This document shows, piece by piece, positions 1 through 11,486 of a DNA stretch of 64,000 bases; the stretch's first letter is position 1; each line of letters opens with the position of its first letter. Under the pieces are notes generated by a model. The model saw nothing but the letters and a program-made list of their open reading frames with translations. It did not search any database and was not told the DNA's origin. This DNA is from an uncultured Bdellovibrionales bacterium (GTDB lineage Bacteria > Patescibacteriota > Minisyncoccia > Moranbacterales > GWC2-37-73). The position numbers were made by a program, and so were the translations under genes. The stretch is taken from NCBI GenBank assembly GCA_964500125.1, contig CAZCMV010000002.1:4173-68172 (forward strand), written 5' to 3'.

Positions 1-453
1 AAACAATACTACGCCAGCTCCAATATTTCCCACCAATTTTATCAAAGTAACATCGAAAAGATATCCAATATATCCACCACCAGCTCCGACCTTCGCATGA
101 AAAAGCATATTTTCTTTTTCATAAAAAATATGCAAAAAACCAAGTAAGCTCAAAAAAGCAACGAAAATTCCAATGAGTTTAGATACATAAAAAAGCGTCT
201 CTTTGCGGAATAATAAGATAATTCCAGCACATACAAAAACAACCGGAGCAAACCATTTACCCCAACCAAAAAGCAACCCGGCAATTTGATTAAATAATTT
301 ACCCAATACTCCTGAATTTCCAATAAATCCAAGTACAAAAATAATAGCCAGGGTAAATAATATTACAGCCACGATGCTGCGCTTGACATCCCCTGAGAGT
401 ATTGAAAGAGTTGAATTTTGTTCGTTATTTTGTTGCTTTTTTTTGCGTCCCAT
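1..453 (-). CDS. ftsK: FtsK/SpoIIIE DNA translocase, N-terminal membrane region (partial, runs off window start)
   Basis: Not in the ORF track. ATG at 453 opens a frame to base 1: MGRKKKQQNNE..., several TM helices, ...GAGGGYIG..., typical of the FtsK 4TM domain. Motor domain not visible. Confidence 0.7.
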   Translation of the reverse strand, partial: MGRKKKQQNNEQNSTLSILSGDVKRSIVAVILFTLAIIFVLGFIGNSGVLGKLFNQIAGLLFGWGKWFAPVVFVCAGIILLFRKETLFYVSKLIGIFVAFLSLLGFLHIFYEKENMLFHAKVGAGGGYIGYLFDVTLIKLVGNIGAGVVLF

Positions 454-467
454 ATGCCATGATTATA

Positions 468-779
468 TCATACATTTGCCTGCCAATCCAGCCCAGAAAG
501 TCTTTTTTTTGGCTGTATATTTAGCATCCGTGAAATAATAAAATTACGCCTTACCTCAATACGATTAGTGGCTAGAAAATATTCCTGTTCCAAGCGAAAT
601 ATCTTGGCATGTTTTACTGCCATTGATCTAGGAAGAGATTCTATTTGTAATTCAATTTGCTGCCTTAATCGATATAATTTTCGCAACCTGGCATCATAAA
701 AAAGCACTAGAGTCACCGCGCCAAGCAAATAGAGCAGGCATGCCAAAATAATAATTGTGATAAATATTTCCAAAAACAT
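468..779 (-). CDS. Small membrane-anchored hypothetical protein
   Basis: 103 aa; N-terminal TM helix then helical segment; co-oriented between lexA and ftsK. Confidence 0.55.
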   Translation of the reverse strand: MFLEIFITIIILACLLYLLGAVTLVLFYDARLRKLYRLRQQIELQIESLPRSMAVKHAKIFRLEQEYFLATNRIEVRRNFIISRMLNIQPKKRLSGLDWQANV

Positions 780-899
780 TGCTTATGATTTATAGAAATT
801 TAAAACTCACGCATTCAACTCAAGTAAACAATTATTTGTACATTCAATGTCCCTTTTAGAGTTCGGAATGACAAGATTGCATTTTGTGATTTTATATTC

Positions 900-1559
900 T
901 CAGATGCTAACGAACGACACCGGCAAAACCCGCTTGAACACGCCGGCAACAAATACACTGTCCGTTTCCGAAAGGAATATCGGGTGATGCGTTTCATTGG
1001 TGGAATGCGGAAAAAGTCCGATCACTCCATCACCTGCTTTTTTATATCGCTTAATTGTCGCCATGCCATTGATCACCGCCACCACAATCTTGCCTTCAAA
1101 ATCTTGGTCCGGCTGCGCTTTTTCAAAAATTACATAATCACCATCACTGATATTCTCCTTGTTCATAGAATCTCCAAGTGCCTTGACCGCAAACAACTGC
1201 TCCGGTTTGGTGCGATAGAAAAGACTCTTGGATATTTGCAAAAAATCATCAGCGCCCTCATCGGCATAAGCCAACGCTTCACCGCAGGAAGCCAAACCAT
1301 AGAGTGGAATTGCAAAAACGTTTTGTGCATCGCCATAGTTTTCATTTTCCACCAAATACAACTTGCGCTGCTCATCACGCGTAATCAAATCTTTTTTCTC
1401 CAATGCTTCAATCACTTGCATCACCGATTTCATGCTGTCAGGAATTCCCTTGGATTCAAGATATTTGTGCACACGATAACTTGTCGGCTGCTTTTTAGTA
1501 TTATTGCTCAGCTCTCTGATTGCATCGACAATCATCTTTTGTTTGGAAGTCAATTTCAT
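900..1559 (-). CDS. lexA: LexA-family repressor (wHTH + S24 peptidase)
   Basis: LTSKQK..PTSY..EALEKKDLITR winged helix; cleavage site ASCG, catalytic GDSM serine and TIKR lysine. Confidence 0.85.
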   Translation of the reverse strand: MKLTSKQKMIVDAIRELSNNTKKQPTSYRVHKYLESKGIPDSMKSVMQVIEALEKKDLITRDEQRKLYLVENENYGDAQNVFAIPLYGLASCGEALAYADEGADDFLQISKSLFYRTKPEQLFAVKALGDSMNKENISDGDYVIFEKAQPDQDFEGKIVVAVINGMATIKRYKKAGDGVIGLFPHSTNETHHPIFLSETDSVFVAGVFKRVLPVSFVSI

Positions 1560-1625
1560 AAATCCTACGAATTACGAATCTATTACGAATATACGAATAA
1601 GCTTCGTAATCTAAATATTAAAAAA

Positions 1626-2225
1626 TTATTTTTTAGACTTGATAAATTTAGTAGACTTGGTAGGCCTGGTAGGTTTTTTACTTTTACACTTAAATCCTAT
1701 TTCCCTTGTATTTTCAATTTCTCTTGTTTCATTATTATCCTCCAGCAATTTACGAAGTGTATCAAATATAACTTTAAACTTCTTGTTGTAGCTGTCTTCT
1801 AATTTATCCAGTCTGACCCTAAGCTCTTTATTACTGACAATCATCTCACGCAATTTCACGAAAGTCCTTATTATTTGAATATTGACCTCAATCGCCCTGT
1901 CACTATTCAATACACTCGACAACATCGCCACCCCTTGCTCCGTAAACACATACGGCAAATATTTGTAATGCTCGCCTCTTTTTAAGGTCACAAATTGTGA
2001 TCTTAAAGAATGGGCCTCTTCTTTTTTAAGTTGAAACATGAAATCGTTAGGGAATCTTTTTATATTTCTCTTAACAGCCTGATTAAAAACTCTGGTTTCC
2101 ACTCCATAAATAAACGCCAAGTCCTTATCTAGCATCACTCTCCTTCCGCGAATCAAAAATATCTTTTGTTCAATAATTTCCGACGGAAGCAATGTTTTTT
2201 CTTTTTGTATTTTATTATTTCTCAT
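1626..2225 (-). CDS. ORF6N-domain (phage antirepressor-like) DNA-binding protein
   Basis: IRGRRVMLDKDLAFIYGVETRVFNQAVKRNIKRFPNDFMFQL ... PYVFTEQGVAMLSSVLNS signature. Confidence 0.9.
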   Translation of the reverse strand: MRNNKIQKEKTLLPSEIIEQKIFLIRGRRVMLDKDLAFIYGVETRVFNQAVKRNIKRFPNDFMFQLKKEEAHSLRSQFVTLKRGEHYKYLPYVFTEQGVAMLSSVLNSDRAIEVNIQIIRTFVKLREMIVSNKELRVRLDKLEDSYNKKFKVIFDTLRKLLEDNNETREIENTREIGFKCKSKKPTRPTKSTKFIKSKK

Positions 2226-2542
2226 TTTTTATTTTTCCTTTAACTTTCTTTTAGCTTTTTATTTTCTATTTTATGTTATAAACTTTATAGACTTTTTAAC
2301 TTTTTAAACATAACCAATGTTATTCTATCACTACTGCTTTATCACTGTCAACTCTTTGCCTGTGCATAACTTTTTTCTATTTTTTTGGCTTAAAAAAAGC
2401 AAAAAATAGTAGTAATCTTCTCGTACCACTCTGCAAAAAAACTATTGAAAAATTATTTTAAAAATCTTACCATAATCTTGCTTGGGTTTTCGTCGCCCCA
2501 TATTTCCTTCCCACCCACATTTTCCTTTGCTTTCAAGACACG

Positions 2543-2570
2543 AAAAAAGAGAGCCGAAGCTCTCTTTTTT
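2543..2570 (-). terminator. Intrinsic terminator after rpoC
   Basis: AAAAAAGAGAGC-CGAA-GCTCTCTTTTTT perfect hairpin with A/T tails. Confidence 0.85.
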
Positions 2571-2621
2571 CTATTTGAAACTCGCTTTTCCTGACTAGCT
2601 AACTAGCTAATACCTGAATAG

Positions 2622-5600
2622 CTATTTTCTATACCCCGTTCCTGCAGGAATCAAACGTCCGATGATCACGTTTTCCTTGAGACCGCGGAGTTTGTCATCT
2701 TTGCCGGTAACTGCGGCATTGATCAGCACGCGTGCTGTTTCCTGGAAGGATGCGGCTGAGAGGAAGGATTCGGTTGAAAGGGCTACTTTTGTGATACCCA
2801 TGATCATGATCTCTCCTTCAGCTACCTCGCCACCGTTGGCAATTGCTTCTTCATTAGCTTCATTGAATTGATCGCGTTCCACGATGTCTCCTGGCAAAAG
2901 ATCAGTATCACCAGGATTGAGAATCTTGACGCGGCTGAACATCTGGCGGATCACTACTTCAATGTGCTTGTCATTAATTCCTTCACCTTGTGATGCATAA
3001 ATCTCTTGGATTTCGCGGATGATGTAGCGATGGACTTCTTCCTGTCCCATGGTTTGATATAGTTTCTTGAGGTCGATGTGTCCTTCATTGATTTGCGTTC
3101 CCTTGCCCACAAGTTGTCCTTTGCTCACCAAAATGGTTGAGCCGGCAGGCACGAGATAATCAACATCTTCCTGTTTCTTGCCTTGGGTTTGGATGCGCAC
3201 TGTCACCGTCTTCTTGTTCTCATTGATGATGTCGGTAACCACACCGTCCACTTCGGAAATAATCGCTTCACCTTTCGGCGGACGACATTCGAAGATTTCT
3301 TCCACACGTGGAAGACCTTGCGTAATGTCAGATCCAGCAACACCTCCGATATGGAACGTACGCATCGTCAACTGCGTTCCTGGTTCACCGATAGCCTGTG
3401 CGGCCACCGTTCCCACGGCTTGTCCAATTGCCACAATATCACTGCGTCCCAAGTCAACACCATAGCATTTCTGACAAACACCACGACGTGTCTTGCAAGT
3501 TGCTACACTACGGATCTTCACTTTCTCCACATTTGCTTTTTCAATTTCCTTAGCTTCTTCCTTGGTCACACATTTGCCTTTCTTTGCCAGAACTTCTCCC
3601 TTTTCATTTTTCACATCTTCAACAGTGAAACGTCCTTCCACGCGAGCAGCAAAACTTTGACCAATCTTATCGGAATCTGCTTTATATAGATATGCGCCTT
3701 CTTTGTCGCCACAATCTTCTTCACGCACAATGATATCTTGCGCCACATCAACCAAACGACGAGTGAGATATCCAGCAGTAGCAGTACGGAGAGCGGTGTC
3801 GGCCATACCTTTACGTGCACCGTGAGTCGAAATGAAATATTCCAACACGTTGAAACCTTCTTTGAAGGAGCTCTTTACCGGCAGTTCGATCGTTTCACCG
3901 GTCGGTCCTGCCACCAAGCCCTTCATACCCATCATCTGCACTACTACCGATTCGGATCCGCGAGCTTTGGAATGAACCATGGAATAAACAGGTCCTTCTT
4001 TGTCAAGTGAAGCGCTAACCACATCCGCGATTTGATTCTTCGCGCGATTCCATACTTCCACAGCGCGGCTCTTGCGTTCTTCTTCGGTCAAAAGACCCAT
4101 GTTGTATTGCTGATTGATTGCTTCCACATCAGCTTCCGCTTTTTTCATGATGTCATATTTCTCTTCCGGCACTTTGAGATCATCCATACCCCAACTGATA
4201 CCACTGCGTCCAGCCATGCGGAATCCCAAATGTTTGATACGATCAATGAATTGCGCCGTCTTCTCCTGACCATACATGCTCAAAACCTTAGCCACCAAAA
4301 CTTTCAAATCCTTCTTGGTCATTTCTTCATTCACAAAGCGCAGCTCTTCCGGTACGATGTCGTTAAGTAGCACGCGTCCGGCGGAAGTTTCAATCATTTG
4401 ACCATCCCAAAGCATCTTTATTTTTGCATTGATAGCAATGATGCCCGATTGGAAAGCCAGAATAACTTCTTCCATCGAAGAGAACGCCTTGTCTTCACCC
4501 TTCAAGCCATCTTTCGTGTGAGTCATGTAATATGCACCAAGCACAATATCTTGCGACGGCACAGCAATCGGTTCTCCCGAAGCAGGCTTGAGCAAGTTCT
4601 TTGCAGAGAGCATCACGTTGCGGCTTTCTTCACGCGCTTGATCCGTGAGAGGCACATGCACAGCCATCTGGTCACCGTCGAAGTCTGCATTGAACGCGGC
4701 ACATACCATTGGATGTACTTGAATAGCTTTTCCTTCGATCAATACTGGCTGAAATGCCTGGATCGATAAACGGTGCAGGGTTGGGGCGCGGTTCAAAAGT
4801 ACATAGTGATGCTCGATGATTTCGTCGAGGATTTCATATGCTTCTTCCGCTTCCGCATCCACCATACGACCAGCGGTGCGAACATTATGTGCAAATTCTT
4901 TTTCGATAAGTTTGTTGATAATGAACGGCTTGAAAAGTTCAAGCGCCATTTTCTTCGGCAGACCGCATTGATGAAGCTTAAGCTGCGGACCAACCACAAT
5001 CACACTACGACCAGAATAGTCCACACGTTTTCCGAGCAAGTTCTGACGGAAGCGTCCTTGCTTTCCTTTTAGCGCATCAGCTAGTGATCGCAATGCTCTT
5101 CTTTGTCCTGTGGAAGCAGCTACACTAGCCTGTCCCTTGCGAGCACTATTGTCAAAAAGTGCGTCCACCGCTTCTTGCAGCATACGTTTTTCATTGCGAG
5201 TAATAACCTCCGGTGCACCAAGCTCCATTAATTTTTTGAGACGATTATTGCGATTGATAATACGACGATAGAGATCGTTAAGATCAGAAGTTGCAAAACG
5301 TCCTCCGTCGAGCGCAACCATCGGACGAAGATCTGGCGGAATAACTGGAATAGCCTTAAGCAACATCCATTCTAGCTTAAGGCCAGCTTTTTGAAATCCC
5401 TGAAGCAATTTCAAACGTTTGAAAGCTTTTTTGCGATCTGTCACTTCATCATTATCCAGTTCAGTTTTGATTTGCTTGATAGCTTTCTCAACATCCATTT
5501 TCTCCAAAATTTCGCGAATCGCTTCGGAACCAATACCGGCAGAGAAAACCTGTCCAAAACGAGTGGAAAGATTGAAATATTCAAGTTCGGAAAGAATCTG

Positions 5601-6200
5601 CAGCGGCTTAAGATTTTTGAGTTCTTCCTTGAGGCCGCGATATTGTTCCTTGAGTTCTTCCAATACTTCGTCGGTTGAGCCAACACGATCCACTTTACCA
5701 CCTTTCACTTCTTTCTGTTTGGTCTTATATTCTGCCTCCAATTGATCCAAAACCGAAGTGCGGATTTTCTCATCAACATTTTTCACAATATAAGAAGAGA
5801 AATAAACAACCTTTTCCAAACTTTGCAAAGAAACTCCCAGTGCCAAACCGATTTTGGAAGGTACGCCACGTAAAAACCAAATGTGCGAAACCGGCACAGC
5901 CAAACTAATATGACCCATGCGTTCGCGACGCACGATAGAGCGAGTCACCTCCACGCCGCATTTGTCACAGACAATACCTTTATAACGAATACGTTTATAT
6001 TTTCCACAATAACATTCCCAGTCCTTGGAAGGTCCGAAAATCTTTTCACAGAAAAGTCCGTCTTTTTCATATCGCTGAGTACGATAATTGATAGTCTCCG
6101 GCTTGGTTACTTCTCCGTGCGACCAATTGGTGATGTCTTCAGGACTTGCCAGCTTAAGACGCACGCTGTTGAAATCACTTACCTTTGTAATATTTTCCAT
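2622..6200 (-). CDS. rpoC: RNA polymerase beta' subunit
   Basis: NADFDGD catalytic motif; zinc-binding CYCGKYK...CDKCGVE. Confidence 0.99.
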   Translation of the reverse strand: MENITKVSDFNSVRLKLASPEDITNWSHGEVTKPETINYRTQRYEKDGLFCEKIFGPSKDWECYCGKYKRIRYKGIVCDKCGVEVTRSIVRRERMGHISLAVPVSHIWFLRGVPSKIGLALGVSLQSLEKVVYFSSYIVKNVDEKIRTSVLDQLEAEYKTKQKEVKGGKVDRVGSTDEVLEELKEQYRGLKEELKNLKPLQILSELEYFNLSTRFGQVFSAGIGSEAIREILEKMDVEKAIKQIKTELDNDEVTDRKKAFKRLKLLQGFQKAGLKLEWMLLKAIPVIPPDLRPMVALDGGRFATSDLNDLYRRIINRNNRLKKLMELGAPEVITRNEKRMLQEAVDALFDNSARKGQASVAASTGQRRALRSLADALKGKQGRFRQNLLGKRVDYSGRSVIVVGPQLKLHQCGLPKKMALELFKPFIINKLIEKEFAHNVRTAGRMVDAEAEEAYEILDEIIEHHYVLLNRAPTLHRLSIQAFQPVLIEGKAIQVHPMVCAAFNADFDGDQMAVHVPLTDQAREESRNVMLSAKNLLKPASGEPIAVPSQDIVLGAYYMTHTKDGLKGEDKAFSSMEEVILAFQSGIIAINAKIKMLWDGQMIETSAGRVLLNDIVPEELRFVNEEMTKKDLKVLVAKVLSMYGQEKTAQFIDRIKHLGFRMAGRSGISWGMDDLKVPEEKYDIMKKAEADVEAINQQYNMGLLTEEERKSRAVEVWNRAKNQIADVVSASLDKEGPVYSMVHSKARGSESVVVQMMGMKGLVAGPTGETIELPVKSSFKEGFNVLEYFISTHGARKGMADTALRTATAGYLTRRLVDVAQDIIVREEDCGDKEGAYLYKADSDKIGQSFAARVEGRFTVEDVKNEKGEVLAKKGKCVTKEEAKEIEKANVEKVKIRSVATCKTRRGVCQKCYGVDLGRSDIVAIGQAVGTVAAQAIGEPGTQLTMRTFHIGGVAGSDITQGLPRVEEIFECRPPKGEAIISEVDGVVTDIINENKKTVTVRIQTQGKKQEDVDYLVPAGSTILVSKGQLVGKGTQINEGHIDLKKLYQTMGQEEVHRYIIREIQEIYASQGEGINDKHIEVVIRQMFSRVKILNPGDTDLLPGDIVERDQFNEANEEAIANGGEVAEGEIMIMGITKVALSTESFLSAASFQETARVLINAAVTGKDDKLRGLKENVIIGRLIPAGTGYRK

Positions 6201-6241
6201 AAGTTTATTTATTGAATGATAATCGTCAGATTAATTAATTA

Positions 6242-9200
6242 TTAGATCTGATCAATATCTTCTTCGGGCTTGTTTTCTTCCTCTTCTTCGTCAGAAGATT
6301 CCGCAAGCTTGGAGCCGACCAATTCCACATCCAAGCAAAGTCCTTTAAGTTCATTAACCAGCACATGGAAAGATGCCGGAATGTTTGGACTCTTGATTTT
6401 TTCGCCCTTAATTATTGATTCATATGCTTTGCTGCGTCCGAGCACATCGTCTGATTTGATGGTCAACATTTCTTGCAAGGTATAAGCTGCGCCATAACCT
6501 TCCAAAGCCCACACTTCCATTTCTCCGAAGCGCTGTCCACCAAACTGTGCCTTACCGCCAAGCGGCTGCTGAGTGATCAAGGAGTATGGTCCGATCGAAC
6601 GCATGTGAATCTTGTCTTCCACCAAGTGGTTCAGTTTCATCACATACATCACACCGACCGTTGTTTCATTATCAAAATATTCACCTGTCTTTCCGTCGAT
6701 CAAACGAACCTTGCCGCTTTCCGGAAGTCCGGCTGCGCGCAATTCTTCTTTAATCTGATCTTCCGTCACTCCCTCAAGCACAGGAGTTGCTGCTTTATAG
6801 CCAAGTTTCAAAGCGGCCCAACCAAGATGAGTTTCCAAAATCTGACCGATATTCATACGACTGGCCACGCCCAATGGATTAAGAATCACATCAACCGGTG
6901 TTCCATCAGGTAGATATGGCATATCTTCAATCGGTGCAATGCGAGAGATCACACCTTTGTTTCCATGACGTCCAGCAAGCTTGTCACCCACTGATACCTT
7001 ACGCAATTGTGCCATTGAAACTTGAATTTGTTTGATCACACCTGTCGGCAACTTGTCGCCTTGTTCGCGAGAAAGAATCTTGATATCCACGATCTTTCCG
7101 TGCTCACCGTGCGGCAGATAGAGTGAAGAGTCCTTCACGTCTTTGGATTTTTCACCAAAGATCGCGCGAAGCAATCTTTCTTCCGGTGTTAAATCTCCTT
7201 CACCTTTCGGAGTAATCTTACCAATCAAAATATCTCCGGAAGAAACTTCCGCACCGATGCGGATAATTCCGGTTTCATCAAGATTCTTGAGGCGTTCTTC
7301 ACCAATGTTCGGAATATCGCGCGTCACGACTTCGCTTCCGAGTTTAGTGTCACGTACGTCAATAGAGAAATCTTCAATATGAATCGAACTGTAACGATCT
7401 TCTTGCAACAGTCTTTCCGAAAGGATAATAGCATCTTCAAAGTTGTAGCCGTCCCACGGAATGAAAGCCACCACCATATTTTGTCCAAGTGCCAATTCAC
7501 CGTTGTCAGTTGCCGCGCCATCGGCCAGAAGGTCGCCTTTCTTAACCATTTGTCCTTTGGTTACACGTGGCGCTTGACTCATGCTAGTGAAAGCATTTGA
7601 TTTCTGAAAGCTTTGCAGCACATATTCGCGTTTGATGTGGTCTTTCTTTACTCCTGCAGGCGCTTGTTCCTTAACCACTATGTGCGCTGCATCCACTTCA
7701 ATCACTTCACCATCATTAGCAGCAAGCACTACCTGTCCGGAGTCACCGGCAGCTTTGTCTTCGATACCGGTTCCCACAATTGGAGATTGTGGCACGATAC
7801 AAGGCACTGCCTGACGTTGCATGTTTGAACCCATCAGCGCGCGGTTGGCATCATCGTGTTCCAAAAACGGAATCAAGGATGTTGCTACCGAAATGCACTG
7901 TTTGGCACTTACATCTAAATAGGTAAGACTTTGTGCTTCAATCATTTCAGGATGTCCTTTCACGCGAGCTTCCACAAACTCTTCTAAAATATTGTAATTC
8001 TCATCCATATCAATACAAGCGTGACCGATAATATTGCGATCTTCCACTGTCGCATTGATATATTCTACTTCGCGAGTCACATATGGTTTGATGCGAACTT
8101 CCTGGCTTCTAGATTTTGCCAATTTCTTGGCCATATCCGCATTGATCTTTTCGCTAGCCTTGCCCACACCGGAGACATCTTCCGCCAAAATACGATTTTC
8201 CAAATCCTTACTGTCGCTTGGCATCGAAGTCAACACCTTTATATATGGGGTTTCCAAGAAACCAAATTCGTTGACACGTGCATAAGTGGACATGTGTCCC
8301 ACCAAACCAATGTTCGGACCTTCCGGAGTTTCCACCGGGCAAATGCGACCATAATGTGAATGATGCACATCACGCACTTCAAATCCAGCACGCTCTCTTG
8401 TAAGTCCTCCCGGACCCATCGCAGACAAAAGACGCTTATGTTCCAATTCAGCCAACGGATTTACTTGATCCATAAACTGTGAAAGTTGAGAACTAGAAAA
8501 GAATTCTTTGATCGCAGCAGCTACCGGGCGAGAATTGATCAGTTGTCCTGGCACTACGGTTGCCACATCGCAAGTACTCATACGATCTTTGATGTTGCGA
8601 GCCATACGAGCCATACCGATGCGCAGCTTGTTTTGAATAAGTTCACCCACTCCGCGCACGCGACGATTGCCCAAGTGATCAATATCATCAGCGATCGCCA
8701 TCGGATCATTATTAAGACGAATGATTTCTTTGATAATCAGAATCAAATCATCCATGCGCAAGATACGGTTTTCTTCGCTGTCCGCACGATCCACTAGCAA
8801 ACGCTGATTCAAACGATAACGTCCCACGCTACCGAAGTCATATTTTTCAAAATTGAAGAACATCGATTCGACCAATTGTTTGGCATTTTCTTCGGTTGCC
8901 AAATCTCCCGGACGAATACGCTTATATATTTCCTTAAATCCTTCACCCTGATTCTTGGTGATATCTTTGGAAAGAGTGGTCTCAATAAATTTAACCTCGC
9001 CGTTATCAATATCCGCAAAAGCCGCCAAAATTTCTTCGTCTTTTTGCATACCAAAAGCACGCAGCAGCGCCGTAATCGGCACTTTGCGTTTTCTGTCAAT
9101 ACGTACGGAAACCACTCCATCAAGCGCCGTATCTATTTCCAACCATGCGCCACGGTTTGGAATAATTTTGGCACCGAACAATTTCTTGCCGCGCTGATAT

Positions 9201-9673
9201 TCCATATTGAAGAATACTCCGGAGCTGCGGATCAGCTGACTTACTACCACACGTTCCACACCATTGATCACGAATGTGCCACGCTCAGTCATTACTGGAA
9301 AGTCACCCAAATAAATTTCCTGCTCTTTCACTTCGCCGGTTTTCTTGATAGTCAACCTAGCCTTAGCGCGAAGCGGTGCTTCGTAGGAAATGTTTTTATT
9401 CCTTGCAATTGCCTCGTCGTATTTCGGTTCATCGAGGTAATAATCTACTATAGAGAGTTCCAAATCCTTGCCGGTGAAATCACCGATCGGATTAACCTCG
9501 TCCAAAAGTTCCTTAATACCCTTATCGAGCACCCATTTGTACGAGTCGATCTGCGCTTCGATAAGATTCGGCAACGAGACCATAAGCTGTTTCTTGAAAA
9601 ACTTTCGACGCGATAGCGACGACGAAGGAGAATAGGACTCCTTCACTTTGAGGGTCTTTTTTTCTTGAGACAT
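6242..9673 (-). CDS. rpoB: RNA polymerase beta subunit
   Basis: GDKLAGRHGNKG, GGQRFGEMEVWALE motifs; start taken at MSQEKK (9673). Confidence 0.99.
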   Translation of the reverse strand: MSQEKKTLKVKESYSPSSSLSRRKFFKKQLMVSLPNLIEAQIDSYKWVLDKGIKELLDEVNPIGDFTGKDLELSIVDYYLDEPKYDEAIARNKNISYEAPLRAKARLTIKKTGEVKEQEIYLGDFPVMTERGTFVINGVERVVVSQLIRSSGVFFNMEYQRGKKLFGAKIIPNRGAWLEIDTALDGVVSVRIDRKRKVPITALLRAFGMQKDEEILAAFADIDNGEVKFIETTLSKDITKNQGEGFKEIYKRIRPGDLATEENAKQLVESMFFNFEKYDFGSVGRYRLNQRLLVDRADSEENRILRMDDLILIIKEIIRLNNDPMAIADDIDHLGNRRVRGVGELIQNKLRIGMARMARNIKDRMSTCDVATVVPGQLINSRPVAAAIKEFFSSSQLSQFMDQVNPLAELEHKRLLSAMGPGGLTRERAGFEVRDVHHSHYGRICPVETPEGPNIGLVGHMSTYARVNEFGFLETPYIKVLTSMPSDSKDLENRILAEDVSGVGKASEKINADMAKKLAKSRSQEVRIKPYVTREVEYINATVEDRNIIGHACIDMDENYNILEEFVEARVKGHPEMIEAQSLTYLDVSAKQCISVATSLIPFLEHDDANRALMGSNMQRQAVPCIVPQSPIVGTGIEDKAAGDSGQVVLAANDGEVIEVDAAHIVVKEQAPAGVKKDHIKREYVLQSFQKSNAFTSMSQAPRVTKGQMVKKGDLLADGAATDNGELALGQNMVVAFIPWDGYNFEDAIILSERLLQEDRYSSIHIEDFSIDVRDTKLGSEVVTRDIPNIGEERLKNLDETGIIRIGAEVSSGDILIGKITPKGEGDLTPEERLLRAIFGEKSKDVKDSSLYLPHGEHGKIVDIKILSREQGDKLPTGVIKQIQVSMAQLRKVSVGDKLAGRHGNKGVISRIAPIEDMPYLPDGTPVDVILNPLGVASRMNIGQILETHLGWAALKLGYKAATPVLEGVTEDQIKEELRAAGLPESGKVRLIDGKTGEYFDNETTVGVMYVMKLNHLVEDKIHMRSIGPYSLITQQPLGGKAQFGGQRFGEMEVWALEGYGAAYTLQEMLTIKSDDVLGRSKAYESIIKGEKIKSPNIPASFHVLVNELKGLCLDVELVGSKLAESSDEEEEENKPEEDIDQI

Positions 9674-9876
9674 AAAAACACCTCTCATTGGAATTCCCTG
9701 GCTTCGAAAATTTCTTGGAAGCAGGAAAGCATCTCAATGAGCTTAGTTATTAGCGCTTATTTATTTATTGAATTGTAGATTCGCCATTCCCCTTGACACA
9801 TTTTCACCCGAAAATGGGCGAGATATAAGAATTGCAAAAGTGAAGTATTTCAGTCCTAAATCGTGAATGTATAAAC

Positions 9877-9941
9877 AATCTATCAGTTTTTTTTGGCCCT
9901 GTCAAGCCTTGACCTCAATCTGTTATCCAAAGTTATCCACA
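9877..9941 (-). promoter_or_regulatory. sigma70 promoter for rpoBC with adjacent tandem DnaA boxes
   Basis: Minus strand TTGACA(9905-9900)-17 bp-TAGATT(9882-9877); plus strand TTATCCAAA 9923-9931 and TTATCCACA 9933-9941. Confidence 0.65.
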
Positions 9942-10119
9942 GGTTGTTAACATTTACCATATTTCCCTTGACAACCGTTTTTTTTGGCGTATTCTGGGAT
10001 CTTGTTGTTTAAAAATCCAAAAGGAGGTGGTGGGAATGGAGATTGGATGAATTTGCTTCTGTCTAAGGAAAAATCACTGAAAGACTTACACCAAATACCG
10101 GTTCGAAAAGGAGAAAACA

Positions 10120-11469
10120 ATGAAAAAGATGGTTGCAATTCTTCTGTTCATCTTTCTGTCACTTACCAACATATGTACTACGGCAATCGCTGTTTGTCCG
10201 CAAAATTCTGGTCCATATACTCTGCCATTTACTTACAATGGCGTAACGTACCAGCATGCATTTACTACAGCATGGGTTTACGGACGCACTTTTTTGCTCT
10301 TCTACAATGATGGTCCGGTATATATGTGGGGAGCCACAGCCTACAAAACTACGAATCCCGTACAATATATGTATATTGATTCAGTTGATGACATATTCGG
10401 TAATGGAAATGATATCATATACGACAACTCATACGACACCATCGTATTTGCCCTTGGCAATTCTTACTGCCAAAGTTCCTGCAAGGAAAATTCCGATATC
10501 AACATTCTCAACGACGGAACATACTTCCAACGTAGCGATTATCATTGCAACTTTCTTTATAACGGAACAACGTCTCAGGTGATTGTGCCTGCTTCGAACT
10601 TCTTCAGTCCAACATATCAACTTACTGTCAACCTCAATCCTTCTGCGGGTGGGACAGTTACCAGCAGCTCGGGAAGTTTGACGTGTACCAATGGTGTTTG
10701 CACGGGGAGCTTTTCGGGAGATGTGCAACTGACGGCTTCGGCGGCGGATGGCTGGGAATTTGTGTATTGGATAGACGGAGGAAACAATGATACGACAAAT
10801 CCCAAGACGGTAAGCATGACTGCCGCAAAGGAGATGAAAGCCGTATTCAAGCTATTATCATTTCCTCTTACCAGCTACAACGCGTATAACGCGCCAGTGA
10901 GTTCCGTGTTTGACCATAGCGGAACGGCGCAATATGAAGACACTGATCACCAAGTGAAAACCTTTAAGGGTGAAACTAGCGAGATCCAGACTCCGTATTC
11001 TGGTACCACCTGCTATCCCAAGTCTGATAATTCAGCTTTTGGGTTGGGATTCAACTATGATGGAATCTCTGGTGCAGGAGTTTATTATCTCTGTTACAAC
11101 GGTCATCCGGGATATGATTACAAGGTAGCGAACAATACCCCAGTATACGCTGCTACTGATGGCGTAGCCCACTTACCCTCAAGTTTTCCCGGAGTTCAAA
11201 ACGCTCAAAATTACAATACTGTTGAAATAGAGCGCCAGGATGGTTACAAAACATATTACCTGCACCTCAGCAGTCAAAACGTAACCGAAAACCAGCCAGT
11301 TTACAGAGGACAAACAGCGATCGGTCACTCTGGCGATACAGGATCGCCTGGGTCGTACCATCTTCATTTTGAAGTTCAAAAAGATGGCATCCCAGTAGAT
11401 CCTTACGGATGGGAGGGATCCGGAAATGATCCCTACACAAGAGATACCAACTACAACTTGTGGAGATAG
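10120..11469 (+). CDS. Secreted M23-family peptidase with an InlB B-repeat-like domain
   Basis: Signal peptide; YQLTVNLNPSAGGTV...LTASAADGWEFVYW...KAVF repeat; M23 motifs HPGYD, YLHL, HLHFEV, VDP. Confidence 0.9.
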   Translation: MKKMVAILLFIFLSLTNICTTAIAVCPQNSGPYTLPFTYNGVTYQHAFTTAWVYGRTFLLFYNDGPVYMWGATAYKTTNPVQYMYIDSVDDIFGNGNDIIYDNSYDTIVFALGNSYCQSSCKENSDINILNDGTYFQRSDYHCNFLYNGTTSQVIVPASNFFSPTYQLTVNLNPSAGGTVTSSSGSLTCTNGVCTGSFSGDVQLTASAADGWEFVYWIDGGNNDTTNPKTVSMTAAKEMKAVFKLLSFPLTSYNAYNAPVSSVFDHSGTAQYEDTDHQVKTFKGETSEIQTPYSGTTCYPKSDNSAFGLGFNYDGISGAGVYYLCYNGHPGYDYKVANNTPVYAATDGVAHLPSSFPGVQNAQNYNTVEIERQDGYKTYYLHLSSQNVTENQPVYRGQTAIGHSGDTGSPGSYHLHFEVQKDGIPVDPYGWEGSGNDPYTRDTNYNLWR

Positions 11470-11486
11470 TGCATAATTGGTAGAAA

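Noticed and set aside
900-2225. Prophage suggested by the S24 repressor plus ORF6N
   Set aside because: No integrase, structural or replication genes; flanked by rpoC and ftsK.
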